A DNA stretch of 64,000 bases from Candidatus Omnitrophota bacterium (lineage in GTDB: Bacteria; Omnitrophota; Gorgyraeia; Zapsychrales; JANLHA01): the NCBI GenBank assembly GCA_029560465.1, contig JAKQKX010000045.1, positions 88,260-152,259 on the forward strand. The letters run 5' to 3'. The notes below the pieces were generated by a model. The model saw only the letters and a program-made list of their open reading frames with translations. It had not been told where the DNA came from and ran no database searches. Position 1 is the stretch's first letter. Each line of letters starts with the position of its first letter. Of the stretch, positions 30,805 through 40,397 are shown one piece after another. The position numbers were made by a program, and so were the translations under genes.

Positions 30805-32556
30805 CTACACGATAGAATCCTTAAAGACAGCGCCTGTATCGGCATCCGTCACGAATTGGCAATACCGAGCCAGCCAACCGCCCTTGACTTTAAGCTGAAA
30901 TGGCTTCAATTTCTTTCTTCTCGACGCCAGCTCCTTCTGCGGGACCTTAACATTCATCTGTTTACGCTGTACGTCGATTTCAATAATATCTCCGTTGTGG
31001 ATAAGCGCAATCTCTCCGCCGGAAGCCGCCTCCGGAGAGACGTGCCCGATGCATAACCCCCGGGTTCCGCCGGAAAAACGCCCGTCCGTAATAAGCGCCG
31101 CCCGGATCCCCGCCCCTTTAATCGCGGCCGTGGGAGACAGCATCTCCTGCATTCCCGGTCCGCCCCGCGGGCCTTCATAACGGATCACGACCACATCCCC
31201 GTCCTTAACTTTTCCTTTCAGAATCCCGTCCAAGGCCTGCTCCTGCGATTCATACACTTTAGCTGGGCCGGAAAAACACAGCATATCCGGGTCAACCCCG
31301 CTGGTCTTTAAAACCGCCCCGTTCCTGGCGATATTCCCGAAGAGCACCGCCAACCCCCCTTCAGGAGAAAACGCCTTCTCAACCGGCCGGAGAATATCAC
31401 CATCCGGATCCGGGGACTTTAGCACATAATCCCCCAATGTCCCGTAAACCGTCCGGGCGGAGAGATCCAGCTCCTTGTGCCCAGCCTTGTGAAGGGCCTT
31501 CAGGATCGCGCCCATACCGCCGATACGGTCCACATCTTCTATATGCACGTCCGGGCGGGAAGGAGATATCTTAATAATATTGGCGGTCTTTTTGGACAGA
31601 GCGCTGATCCTTTTTAAAGAATACGGGATGCCCGCTTCATGCGCCAACGCGAGGGTATGCAATACAGTATTCGTGGATCCCCCCATCGCCATGTCCAGGA
31701 TAAACGCATTATCCAGGGCCTGTTTCGTAACAATATCCAGAGGGCGCAGGTTCTGATCCAAAAGCTCCAGGATCTTCCCGGCGGCCCGGCGGACCAGGTC
31801 GATCCTTTGCGGATTGAGCTCCACCGGCCCGGGTTTCCCGTTCACCCAGCGCGCTGCCGGAATGCTCCCGTTCCCGGGCAAGGCCAGCCCCAGCACTTCG
31901 CCCAGGCAATTCATGGAATTAGCCGTAAACATCCCGGAACAACTTCCACAGCTCGGGCAGGCGGTTTCGGTGAGGGCCCGCAGATCTTCCAGGCTCATTT
32001 TCCCAACGCTGTGCCTTCCGACGCCTTCAAAAATGGATATAAGGTCCGTGTTCCCGCACCCGGACAGCATGGGCCCACCGCTGACGTAAAGGGCCGGGAT
32101 ATTAATCCTCACCATAGCGTTATACATGGCCGGCACGATCTTGTCACAGTTCCCGATGCCGACCCAGGCATCAGGCGGATGAGCCCCGATGATGGTTTCG
32201 ATCTGGTCGGCAATCAGTTCCCGCGAAGGAAGCGAATATTTCATCCCGAAATGCCCCATGGCAATCCCATCACAAATCGCCCCGCCGATATTCGCATACC
32301 AGACATTAACGCCCTTGCTTTCCAGCTCCGCCTTCAAGACCGCACCCAGTTGATCCAGATGAGCGTGCCCGGGGATCTGATTAGTATACGAATTAATAAT
32401 CGTCACAAAAGGGCGGTCCAAGTCTTTGATGCTCTTCAACACGCCCTCGGCGACCATCAATGAAATACTCGGCATCATGTGAGCGCCGCTCCGGAACACG
32501 GCGCTGCCGTGTTCACGGATATCTTTTATCCCCTGATTAGCAACAGTCCTTGCCAT
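30805..32556 (-). CDS. ilvD: Dihydroxy-acid dehydratase
   Basis: ICDGIAMGH, GNCDKIVP, CGSCSGMFTANSM, GGSTN, YEGPRGGPGMQEM, TDGRFSG, GHVSPEA. Confidence 0.95.
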   Translation of the reverse strand: MARTVANQGIKDIREHGSAVFRSGAHMMPSISLMVAEGVLKSIKDLDRPFVTIINSYTNQIPGHAHLDQLGAVLKAELESKGVNVWYANIGGAICDGIAMGHFGMKYSLPSRELIADQIETIIGAHPPDAWVGIGNCDKIVPAMYNAMVRINIPALYVSGGPMLSGCGNTDLISIFEGVGRHSVGKMSLEDLRALTETACPSCGSCSGMFTANSMNCLGEVLGLALPGNGSIPAARWVNGKPGPVELNPQRIDLVRRAAGKILELLDQNLRPLDIVTKQALDNAFILDMAMGGSTNTVLHTLALAHEAGIPYSLKRISALSKKTANIIKISPSRPDVHIEDVDRIGGMGAILKALHKAGHKELDLSARTVYGTLGDYVLKSPDPDGDILRPVEKAFSPEGGLAVLFGNIARNGAVLKTSGVDPDMLCFSGPAKVYESQEQALDGILKGKVKDGDVVVIRYEGPRGGPGMQEMLSPTAAIKGAGIRAALITDGRFSGGTRGLCIGHVSPEAASGGEIALIHNGDIIEIDVQRKQMNVKVPQKELASRRKKLKPFQLKVKGGWLARYCQFVTDADTGAVFKDSIV

Positions 32557-32657
32557 ATAACCCTCCTTAAATAATTTAAATTATGACGTCTGTTAACAAA
32601 AACACGAAACCCTCTTTAAAGAAAGGGCAAGAGAATCTCCGCCCAAAAACCAAAAGA

Positions 32658-33842
32658 TCAAACCGAAGGCATCTGGGCCTTGAGCTGGTCAACGACCATA
32701 TTTAACTTCTGGAGGTCGTCTTCCCCGGGGACAAACTGGATATACTGGCCTTCCGCCCCCAGCGTAAAACCGGCATCCGCCACGAATTGTTCGACTTCCT
32801 TAAATCCGGCCTTGGACCAGCCATAAGAGCCGAAAATCAGCGCCAGACGGTTCTGCGGCTGAAGCCCTTTGAGGTACATTAAAAAACTGGCCACCGTGGG
32901 CAGCATGTGGTTGTTCAACATGGGCGTGCCAACAAGCATAAGCCTGGAACGCAGGACATCCGTCATGACATCGGAAATGTGGTGTTCTTGGAGATTCCTG
33001 ACAACCACCAGGTGCCCGGCCTCTTCAAACAGGGCTTTCAGACGCAAAGCCATTGTCTCTGTTGATTTCCACATGGTGTCATAAACAATCAGCACCCGGG
33101 TTGGATCCGTTTCATGAGAGGACCATCGATCATAAGAGTTCATGATGTGGTCAATCTGCGGCCTGTCCCTCCAGATCAGGCCGTGAGAAGGACAAATCAT
33201 ATCGATCGTAAAGTCTTTCAAGGCGTGAAGGGCTTTTTGAACTTGGGGCCCGTACAATAAAACAATATTGGCATAATACTTAGCCGCTTCCTCCAGAATA
33301 CGGTCCAAGGGAAGCTCGTCTACAAACCGCTCTTCCGAAGCATAATGCTGGCCAAAAGCGTCGTTCGGAAAAAGAATATGGTCCGTCACTGAATACGTCG
33401 CCATGGATTCCGGCCAGTGCACCATGGGGATCTGTATAAACATCAATTCGCGCTTACCGATCGAAAGCCGGTCCCCGGTTTTGACAACCTTGAACCGCCA
33501 GTTTTTCTTGAAGTGGCGTGTGAGAGCCTCCGCCCCTCGGGCCGGGCAAACGATCTCGGCGTCCGGGGCGAGCCGCATGATGTCGTCAATCGCGCCGGAA
33601 TGGTCCATCTCGGCATGATTGGCGACGACATACCTAATGTCGGCGGGGTTCATGATCTCCTTGATCTGCCGCAACATATCGTCCCGGCCGTAATATTTAA
33701 CCGTGTCAATCAGGGTCGGGCATTCATCATCAATCAGATAAGCGTTATATGTCGAGCCAAAAGGAGTCTTATACCCATGAAACACTTTCAAATCCCAGTC
33801 GATATAACCGGTCCAGTAAATATCCTTTGAAATCTTTAACAT
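32658..33842 (-). CDS. fprA: Flavodiiron protein (O2/NO reductase, class A)
   Basis: GSTYNAY, NHAEMDH, MVHWPES, NDAFGQH, CPSHG; flavodoxin half YDTMWKST..FGSYGWS. Confidence 0.94.
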   Translation of the reverse strand: MLKISKDIYWTGYIDWDLKVFHGYKTPFGSTYNAYLIDDECPTLIDTVKYYGRDDMLRQIKEIMNPADIRYVVANHAEMDHSGAIDDIMRLAPDAEIVCPARGAEALTRHFKKNWRFKVVKTGDRLSIGKRELMFIQIPMVHWPESMATYSVTDHILFPNDAFGQHYASEERFVDELPLDRILEEAAKYYANIVLLYGPQVQKALHALKDFTIDMICPSHGLIWRDRPQIDHIMNSYDRWSSHETDPTRVLIVYDTMWKSTETMALRLKALFEEAGHLVVVRNLQEHHISDVMTDVLRSRLMLVGTPMLNNHMLPTVASFLMYLKGLQPQNRLALIFGSYGWSKAGFKEVEQFVADAGFTLGAEGQYIQFVPGEDDLQKLNMVVDQLKAQMPSV

Positions 33843-33874
33843 CCGTGCCCTCCCGTTAAATACCTGGAATTATC

Positions 33875-33903
33875 ATGTTAAATAAGTTGCAAAATTCTGT
33901 CAA
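33875..33903 (-). promoter_or_regulatory. Putative sigma70 promoter of fprA
   Basis: TTGACA-N17-TAACAT on the minus strand. Confidence 0.5.
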
Positions 33904-33981
33904 CAACTAAATCTCGGCCCCGCCTTCAAGACGAAGCCCTCCCCCGGCGGCCGGGCCCCCGGGGAACAGGAACACGCGCCC

Positions 33982-34344
33982 CTACCCAACAAAGCCTTGA
34001 ACCGTGGCCAGCAGTTGATCCGCATCAAACGGTTTTTCCAGGTAGGCATCAACGCCCATATCGATCGCGGCCTGCTTATGTTGCATGTCTCGGGACGCCG
34101 TCAGGACGACAACGGGGATGGCTTTTGTTAAGGTGGAAACCTTCAACTTTTCCAAAACATATAAACCCCCTCCGGCAGGAAGCATCATATCCAACAGGAT
34201 CAAATCCGGTTTCTCCCGATGCGTGAACTCGATGCCTTGATACCCGTCATGGCACATCACCGCCGCGTACCCGTTCTGCTTGAAAAGGTCGTTCAAAAGG
34301 CCCGCGATGTCTATATTATCTTCGATGATAAGGATTTTTTTCAT
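33982..34344 (-). CDS. Single-domain response regulator
   Basis: ILIIED, LLDMMLP, VLTAS, EKPF. Confidence 0.92.
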   Translation of the reverse strand: MKKILIIEDNIDIAGLLNDLFKQNGYAAVMCHDGYQGIEFTHREKPDLILLDMMLPAGGGLYVLEKLKVSTLTKAIPVVVLTASRDMQHKQAAIDMGVDAYLEKPFDADQLLATVQGFVG

Positions 34345-34384
34345 ATAAAACTCTCCTTCTCTATATTTTTACACATTAAAAATT

Positions 34385-35611
34385 TTATTGTGCCTCGGGC
34401 CCGGGATGACCCTTTTTGGGGATCGTGAAAATAACGGCCGTCCCTTTTTGAAACGCGCTCTCGGCCCAAATCGAGCCTTTATGCAGGCCAATGATCTCCT
34501 TGCAAATGGATAGGCCCAACCCCGTTCCTTTAGGATGATCCCCGACGCGCGCGCCCACCTGATGAAACCGGTCAAAAACCCTGGAGAGCTCATCCTCGGG
34601 AATGCCGCAGCCGGTATCGGCCACACGGCATTCAATAAAATACGGCTCCTCCTTTAAAACAATCTTAATATCCCCTTTTTCGGTGAACTTCAATGAATTC
34701 CCGATCAAATTGGTCAGGACCTGAATTAAAAGGTTCCGGTCGGCATACACCCGCATCAGCGGGGCAGGGTATTCGAGGTTCAAATCCAGTCCTTTCTCCA
34801 CGGCCAAACTGTAAAAAGAAGAATGCGCTTCCCTGGCCAGCTCGACCATATTCACCTCTGTCAGGTCCAGGTGAACCTGCTTCGCTTCCAATTTGGCGAA
34901 ATCCAACAAATCGTCAATCATCAGGTTCAAACGTTCCGCATTCCTCAGGGCCATCAGCAACTTTTTCCGCTGCTCTTCCGTAACAAGGCCGTAGATCCCG
35001 GAAATCACCTGGCTGACCGCGCCCTTAATAATTGTTAACGGGGTCCTTAATTCATGAGAAACGTTCGCGATAAAATTCGACTTCAGCTGATCCAGGGCTT
35101 TCAGTTCTTTATTCTTCCGTTCGAGTTCCATCGACAACATTTTTATGGCGTCCCGGGCCTTTCCAGGCCCCCAATCTCCGGAGGACGCGTCTCCGGGCAT
35201 AGACCCCGCCGCCGTGGAAACATCCGCCCCATCTGCCGGGCTCGGGAAGACACGGGACACGGCCTCAAGCAGAGACCGGCCGTCCGCCGTTTTAACACAA
35301 TATTCATCCGCGCCCGCGTCGCGGGCTTTCTCCGGCTCAACCGCCGCCACGTGCCCGGTCATCATGATGACTCTGACCCCGGAGGCCATCTCCGCCTTAA
35401 TCCGGCGACAGATCTCAAACCCGTCCATGTCGGGCAACACCGTGTCCAGCAGGACCAAATCCGGCCTCGCATCGCAGGCCTTCCGAATCCCTTCCTGTCC
35501 GGAAGACGCCAGAGTGATGTCATCCACCCCCCGGCTCCTCAAAAAACGCTGGATAATCTTTTGATCCTGCTCATTATCTTCAATCACCAGAATCTTCATT
35601 TTCAGGCCCAA
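34385..35611 (-). CDS. Hybrid receiver - histidine kinase
   Basis: N-terminal receiver, then SHELRTPL, NLIGNSLKF, DTGCGI, GTGLGL. Confidence 0.92.
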   Translation of the reverse strand: MGLKMKILVIEDNEQDQKIIQRFLRSRGVDDITLASSGQEGIRKACDARPDLVLLDTVLPDMDGFEICRRIKAEMASGVRVIMMTGHVAAVEPEKARDAGADEYCVKTADGRSLLEAVSRVFPSPADGADVSTAAGSMPGDASSGDWGPGKARDAIKMLSMELERKNKELKALDQLKSNFIANVSHELRTPLTIIKGAVSQVISGIYGLVTEEQRKKLLMALRNAERLNLMIDDLLDFAKLEAKQVHLDLTEVNMVELAREAHSSFYSLAVEKGLDLNLEYPAPLMRVYADRNLLIQVLTNLIGNSLKFTEKGDIKIVLKEEPYFIECRVADTGCGIPEDELSRVFDRFHQVGARVGDHPKGTGLGLSICKEIIGLHKGSIWAESAFQKGTAVIFTIPKKGHPGPEAQ

Positions 35612-35617
35612 TTCCTG

Positions 35618-36052
35618 TCAAGCGTCCGGCAGTTGGTTTATATTCTGCCAATAATGGTTAAATTGATCCACGACCTTTAGGAACTCTTCATAATCAACCG
35701 GTTTCTGGATGAAACCATTGGCCCCGTATTGATAACTTTTGACAACATCCCCCTCGTTGCGCGAGGCGCTGAACATCACAATGGGGATCGCCCGGGTCGC
35801 GTCATCCCCTTTCAGAACCCGGAGCACCTCAAATCCGTCGCAACGCGGCATATTGATATCCAACAGGATCACCTGCGGCCGGCGAAATTGCCGACCGTCC
35901 TGATAAGCCCCCTCGTGCCGGACAAAGTCCAGGCACTCCTGCCCATCGCTGACAACCGTGATCTCCGTGTTCGGGGAGGCTTGCCGAAAAGCGCGCAGCG
36001 TTATCTTGACGTCCGATTCATGATCTTCCACTAAAAGTATCCGCAGACCCAT
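35618..36052 (-). CDS. Single-domain response regulator (Rcp1-like)
   Basis: ILLVED, DGQECLDFV, LLDINMP, DVVKSYQYGANGFIQKP; ATG 36052 after GAAGGAG. Confidence 0.92.
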   Translation of the reverse strand: MGLRILLVEDHESDVKITLRAFRQASPNTEITVVSDGQECLDFVRHEGAYQDGRQFRRPQVILLDINMPRCDGFEVLRVLKGDDATRAIPIVMFSASRNEGDVVKSYQYGANGFIQKPVDYEEFLKVVDQFNHYWQNINQLPDA

Positions 36053-36085
36053 TATCAACTCCTTCGCTGAATAGACCCAGCCCGG

Positions 36086-38029
36086 TCAGGCGTCCTGCCC
36101 CGGGTCGCGCGCGGACAGAGGGGATTCCACGTCCCCCACTTTAAGGTCCGCCGGGATATTAATAAAAAACGCCGCTCCTTCTCCAGCCCGGGACTCGACC
36201 CAAACCCGGCCGCCGTGATCCTCAACAATCCGCTTAATAATCGACAGCCCCGCCCCCGTTCCTTCATACTCCTTATCCGTGTGCAGGCGCTTAAACATCC
36301 CGAAAATCTGTTCATGATACTTCGAGTCAATGCCGATGCCATTGTCTTTCACGAAAAAGCAGTGATAGATCCCCTCTTTCCTGTACCCGATGTCCACCCG
36401 CGGGGGTTCCCCTGTCTTTTTGGACGAAAACTTAATGGCATTATTAATTAAATTCTGGAACACTTCGGTCATCTTAATCCGGTCGCAACACACCGTCGGG
36501 AGTTCCGAGGCGATCCGAATTGTCACATTATATTTCTGGACATCATATTTCAGCCGATCCAAAACCGCGTCCACGAGCTTTTGCATGTCCGTCAGCTCAT
36601 ACGGGTTCTTAATCCGGGAAAGCCTGGACAACAAAAGCAGGTCCTCGATCAGCGTGTTCATCTTAGCCGCACCTTTCTTGATCTCGTCGATGTATTCCTT
36701 CCCCTGCTCATCCACCCGGTCCCTGTAATCCTCTTCCAAGAACGCCGCGAACGACGCGATTCCCCGTAAGGGAGCCCGCAGGTCATGGCTGGCGGTATAA
36801 ACAAACCGGTCCAGCTCCTCATTGACCTCCCGGAGCTCTTTCTTCTGCGAGGCCAAGATAGCCAGATGCTTGAACAGTGTCTTATTCTTTTCTTCCAGTT
36901 CCGCCTTGACCTCGGCAAGCCTCTTAGTCATAAAATTAAAATTTGTGGACAACTGGCCGATTTCATCCCGGCTCGTGACCGGCAATTTGACGTCATACTG
37001 CCCACGGGACACTTTTTGCGATGCCGCGTTCAAGGCCAGGATCGGCTGGGTAAGAATCCGGCTGGCCCAAAGCGCCAGCAGCCCCGTCACCAGCAGCATC
37101 AGAAGTCCGGTCAACAGCAGCCGTTGACGAAATTCCTGGATCGACGCGAAGGCTTCTTTGACATCCACTTCGGCCATAAGGCACCAGTTCTGGTCCGGCA
37201 AATATTTCTGAACGCCCAGCACGTCCACCTTGCGATAGTTAGTATATATCAACGGGGCCTCCCGCCGCTGAAAACACGCCTGCGCCCCTTCGGTCATAAC
37301 CCGCACATTCAAAATAGAATTTTTCTTAAAACGGGAATTCGTGATCATGCGGTACTGCTTATCCACGACATACGTTTCCCCGGATTGGCCCAACCCTTCC
37401 CGGGCGCTGGTGATCTCATCCAGGACGCCCGCTTCAATCATCAGAGATATGGCACCGACAATATTCCCCGACTGCCCGTTCCGGATCTCCTCAAGCAGAA
37501 TAAGCATGTTTTCCCCGGTTAAGGGGTCTTTTTCCAAACCAGCGAAATAGGTTCCGTACTCATAAACATTCTGGATGTACTCTATCGGCATTTTCCGCCC
37601 GATCAAGTCCCGGTTCGTGCATGCGATAATATTGCCGTGCACGTCCCAGACCCCGATTGTTTGTATATCGGTCTTCTGGTCTATGTCCTGATAACGTCCG
37701 GACGGCGTCAACTTCAGGAAAAAGAAGATAGAGTTTATATCATCCTGAATGCCCTGAATAAGGGCCGGATCATTGAATCCCGATTCTTTCATCTGGCGGG
37801 GAAGAAAGGCGCCAGCAAACTCTTTCGCCTGTTCCTGCCTTAACTTGATGGAATGATTAATGTGCGCGGCGCGGGAATCGGTAACCGCCTGGAGGGCCGC
37901 GATCGTTTTCCGTTCCAACTCGGACTTTGTTAAATGATAATAAGTGATTCCGATAATAAGGATAGGGAATAAAGCAATGACGAACAAAATCAAAACGACT
38001 TTATGGACAAGTTTCAGTTTACCCAACAT
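36086..38029 (-). CDS. Membrane Cache-HAMP sensor histidine kinase
   Basis: Two TMs around a periplasmic Cache-like region (GETYVVD), HAMP, FVYTASHDLRAPL, FKRLH..YEGTGAGL. Confidence 0.92.
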   Translation of the reverse strand: MLGKLKLVHKVVLILFVIALFPILIIGITYYHLTKSELERKTIAALQAVTDSRAAHINHSIKLRQEQAKEFAGAFLPRQMKESGFNDPALIQGIQDDINSIFFFLKLTPSGRYQDIDQKTDIQTIGVWDVHGNIIACTNRDLIGRKMPIEYIQNVYEYGTYFAGLEKDPLTGENMLILLEEIRNGQSGNIVGAISLMIEAGVLDEITSAREGLGQSGETYVVDKQYRMITNSRFKKNSILNVRVMTEGAQACFQRREAPLIYTNYRKVDVLGVQKYLPDQNWCLMAEVDVKEAFASIQEFRQRLLLTGLLMLLVTGLLALWASRILTQPILALNAASQKVSRGQYDVKLPVTSRDEIGQLSTNFNFMTKRLAEVKAELEEKNKTLFKHLAILASQKKELREVNEELDRFVYTASHDLRAPLRGIASFAAFLEEDYRDRVDEQGKEYIDEIKKGAAKMNTLIEDLLLLSRLSRIKNPYELTDMQKLVDAVLDRLKYDVQKYNVTIRIASELPTVCCDRIKMTEVFQNLINNAIKFSSKKTGEPPRVDIGYRKEGIYHCFFVKDNGIGIDSKYHEQIFGMFKRLHTDKEYEGTGAGLSIIKRIVEDHGGRVWVESRAGEGAAFFINIPADLKVGDVESPLSARDPGQDA

Positions 38030-38133
38030 GATTTTCTAAAATTCTTTAAAACAAACGGGAATCGCGGCCATGTGAAATTGTTATTAGTTTACGGCAAAAC
38101 CACCCACAAAGACATAGAAATTTAAAATCTTTT

Positions 38134-38167
38134 AAAAAAGAAAGACAATCTTTGGCGGATTGTCTTT
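38134..38167 (-). terminator. Probable terminator after the MORN-receiver genes
   Basis: AAAGACAATC-TTTGGCG-GATTGTCTTT inverted repeat with an adjacent A-run. Confidence 0.65.
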
Positions 38168-38215
38168 GATGTTTATTTTAAAAGCCACGGCCAAGCTCTT
38201 GCCGCGGCCCCGATG

Positions 38216-38578
38216 TCAAGGATATTGCAACCTCTGAATGGTCTCATGAATGTTCCTGAACTCCACAGTCTTCTCCAAGAGTTCATCCGCGCCCGACTTC
38301 CGGGCCTTCGCCGCGTCCACGGCTTCCAGATGCCCGGTGATAACAATAATCTTACTGTTTAGCCCCTTGATGGATTTAATCTCCCGGCAAACATCAAAAC
38401 CGTCCGCGCGGATTAACACGCAATCAACAATCACGATATCCGGCAAGAAAGTCCGGGCCAGCGCCACGCCCTCCGCTTCTGTGCCGGCAGACATAATCTC
38501 CCGGTACCCGGCCTTATGCAGGGCCACGGTCATGCCCTTGCGGTCCTGGTCATTATCATCAATAATCAGCAACTTCAC
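38216..38578 (-). CDS. Single-domain response regulator
   Basis: LLIIDD, VIVDCVL, VITGH, GADELLEKT. Confidence 0.88.
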   Translation of the reverse strand: MKLLIIDDNDQDRKGMTVALHKAGYREIMSAGTEAEGVALARTFLPDIVIVDCVLIRADGFDVCREIKSIKGLNSKIIVITGHLEAVDAAKARKSGADELLEKTVEFRNIHETIQRLQYP

Positions 38579-38599
38579 GTCTCTCGTGCCCCCGTCTCC

Positions 38600-39826
38600 T
38601 TATTGATCAACAAGGAGATTCCCATCCTGGTCATATTTCATAACCCGGTATGGGTTGCCCTGTCGATAAAATTCTTCCTGTTTCACGACTCCGTTCTCAT
38701 AATAAATCTTCACTTTCCCTTCCAGGCGTCCTTCTAAGTATTCCCCTTCTTCCTGCACTTTTCCGCTTTCGAAATATTTTTTATAAGGCCCTTCCGGAAG
38801 ATTAAATTCAATCCTCCCCTCAAATTCAAGCCGTCCGCTTGGATAATACCGTTTATTGACTCCTTTTTCATCTCCGTAATAAAATTCCGATTCACTCGCG
38901 CAAGACCCGTCCGGACGGAATTGCTTCATCGGGCCATGCAATTTCCCCATGGAAAACCCCCCTTCAGACTTGAGTGTCCCGTCTTTGTAATATTCCTTAT
39001 AAGGGCCCTCCTGCGCATTGCGGCTCATATTGATGACCCGCTGTATTTTCCCGTTCTCATAATACATTTTAAATTCGCCCTCGCGCATGTTGTCCTTATA
39101 TTGCCCTTCGGCCTGCAGGTTCCCATTCGAATAATAATTCCGGGTCACCCCTTCCTGGCTACCGTTATTATAATATTTCTCGCTCTCCAGTTGGCCGTCA
39201 TCATAATACGTTTTAAACGCGCCATGCTGCTTCTTATGCAAATAATTCTCTTCAGTTAAAGGGAAGCCCTCCCGGTTGTATTTCTTCCGGGTGATCAATT
39301 CCCCTTCATTATAAGCCCGCTCTTCTTTGATTTCCCCGTCTTCATAAAACTCTCGCGTAAGCCCATGCAAAAGGTTATTATGATAATTCTCTTCCAGTTC
39401 CAAGACCCCGTTCATCCGGTAACGCTTAAAAGGCCCTTCGAGGTTGTTATCCAAGTAATATTCTTCCTCCTGGAGATTTCCGTTTTTATAATACTCGCGC
39501 CGGACCCCGTTCTTCTTGCCTTCCGCATATTCTTCTTCAATCCATATGGAGCCATTTCGAAAATATTTTCTATAAGGGCCGTGCAGCCGTCCTTCTTTAT
39601 AAGATTTTTCAAAAGAAATGTTCCCGTTCGCGTAATAATCCCGGCTGATACCCGTATTCGCAGGCCCCGTATCCGGTTCCGGCGCTTTCTTGTCGTCGCC
39701 CTTCAGTTTCCCGCCAGAAAACACCTGAATGGCCGCCTCCTGGGCCTGAGTTAGGCACGGCAGGGCTCCCAAGGATGCCATTATAAAACCGCATAAAAAA
39801 AGGAGGATTAAACATCTTTTCACCAC
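38600..39826 (-). CDS. Exported MORN-variant repeat protein (YwqK-like)
   Basis: Signal peptide (..TQAQ), then about 14 repeats of roughly 24 aa of the form G-x-x-K-x-Y-Y-x-N-G..E..Y..G. Confidence 0.88.
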   Translation of the reverse strand: MVKRCLILLFLCGFIMASLGALPCLTQAQEAAIQVFSGGKLKGDDKKAPEPDTGPANTGISRDYYANGNISFEKSYKEGRLHGPYRKYFRNGSIWIEEEYAEGKKNGVRREYYKNGNLQEEEYYLDNNLEGPFKRYRMNGVLELEENYHNNLLHGLTREFYEDGEIKEERAYNEGELITRKKYNREGFPLTEENYLHKKQHGAFKTYYDDGQLESEKYYNNGSQEGVTRNYYSNGNLQAEGQYKDNMREGEFKMYYENGKIQRVINMSRNAQEGPYKEYYKDGTLKSEGGFSMGKLHGPMKQFRPDGSCASESEFYYGDEKGVNKRYYPSGRLEFEGRIEFNLPEGPYKKYFESGKVQEEGEYLEGRLEGKVKIYYENGVVKQEEFYRQGNPYRVMKYDQDGNLLVDQ

Positions 39827-39964
39827 GACAGCACCTCTTTCTTAATATAATTTTTTCTACAATTATAGCACCTTTCCAGCCAAGAAGAAACGCTCTAGCC
39901 ACTCCCCGACTTTTTCTTAAAATCTTTACTCCCCCCTGGCCTGGAGGCCGGGGGTCCCCCCGAA

Positions 39965-40396
39965 TTAAATATCCAAAACCACCAACGCTTCCCATCCCTG
40001 CGCGTTTGGCGTCACCCGGAATAGATGCATCGTAACCGCTTTAATATCAACGATTAAATGATGCCTTCGCGGTTCAATGCCTTCCCCCCGCAGCACGGAC
40101 TTCAGGTCATATCCTCCGGGACACGTTTGAATCATAATGGCGTCCGGGACTAAAAGCAATTGCTCTGCGTCTTTATAATAAATAATTTCTTGCAGAAAAT
40201 TAAATAATAACGATTCGACGTCGTCCGCTTGGAACCCCACCGTTCTTTGACAACGAGGTTGAATGGATTTCAGGTTATCAACCATCACCAGGACGGTCGC
40301 TTCCGCCGCACTTTGAAACAAAGTTTCCAGCGATGGCCCCTGGGCCAAAAACGCAATATCAGCGGTCGCGATATCGTCCAAATACCGGAAAGACAT
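39965..40396 (-). CDS. Archease
   Basis: True start ATG 40396: MSFRYLDDIATADIAF..LFNFLQE..DIKAVTMH..LDI; directly after rtcB. Confidence 0.93.
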   Translation of the reverse strand: MSFRYLDDIATADIAFLAQGPSLETLFQSAAEATVLVMVDNLKSIQPRCQRTVGFQADDVESLLFNFLQEIIYYKDAEQLLLVPDAIMIQTCPGGYDLKSVLRGEGIEPRRHHLIVDIKAVTMHLFRVTPNAQGWEALVVLDI

Positions 40397-40397
40397 G

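Noticed and set aside
38600-39650. Periodic sequence that could suggest a CRISPR array or tandem DNA repeat
   Set aside because: The periodicity is at protein level (MORN-variant repeats) with degenerate codons; there are no identical DNA repeats and no cas genes.
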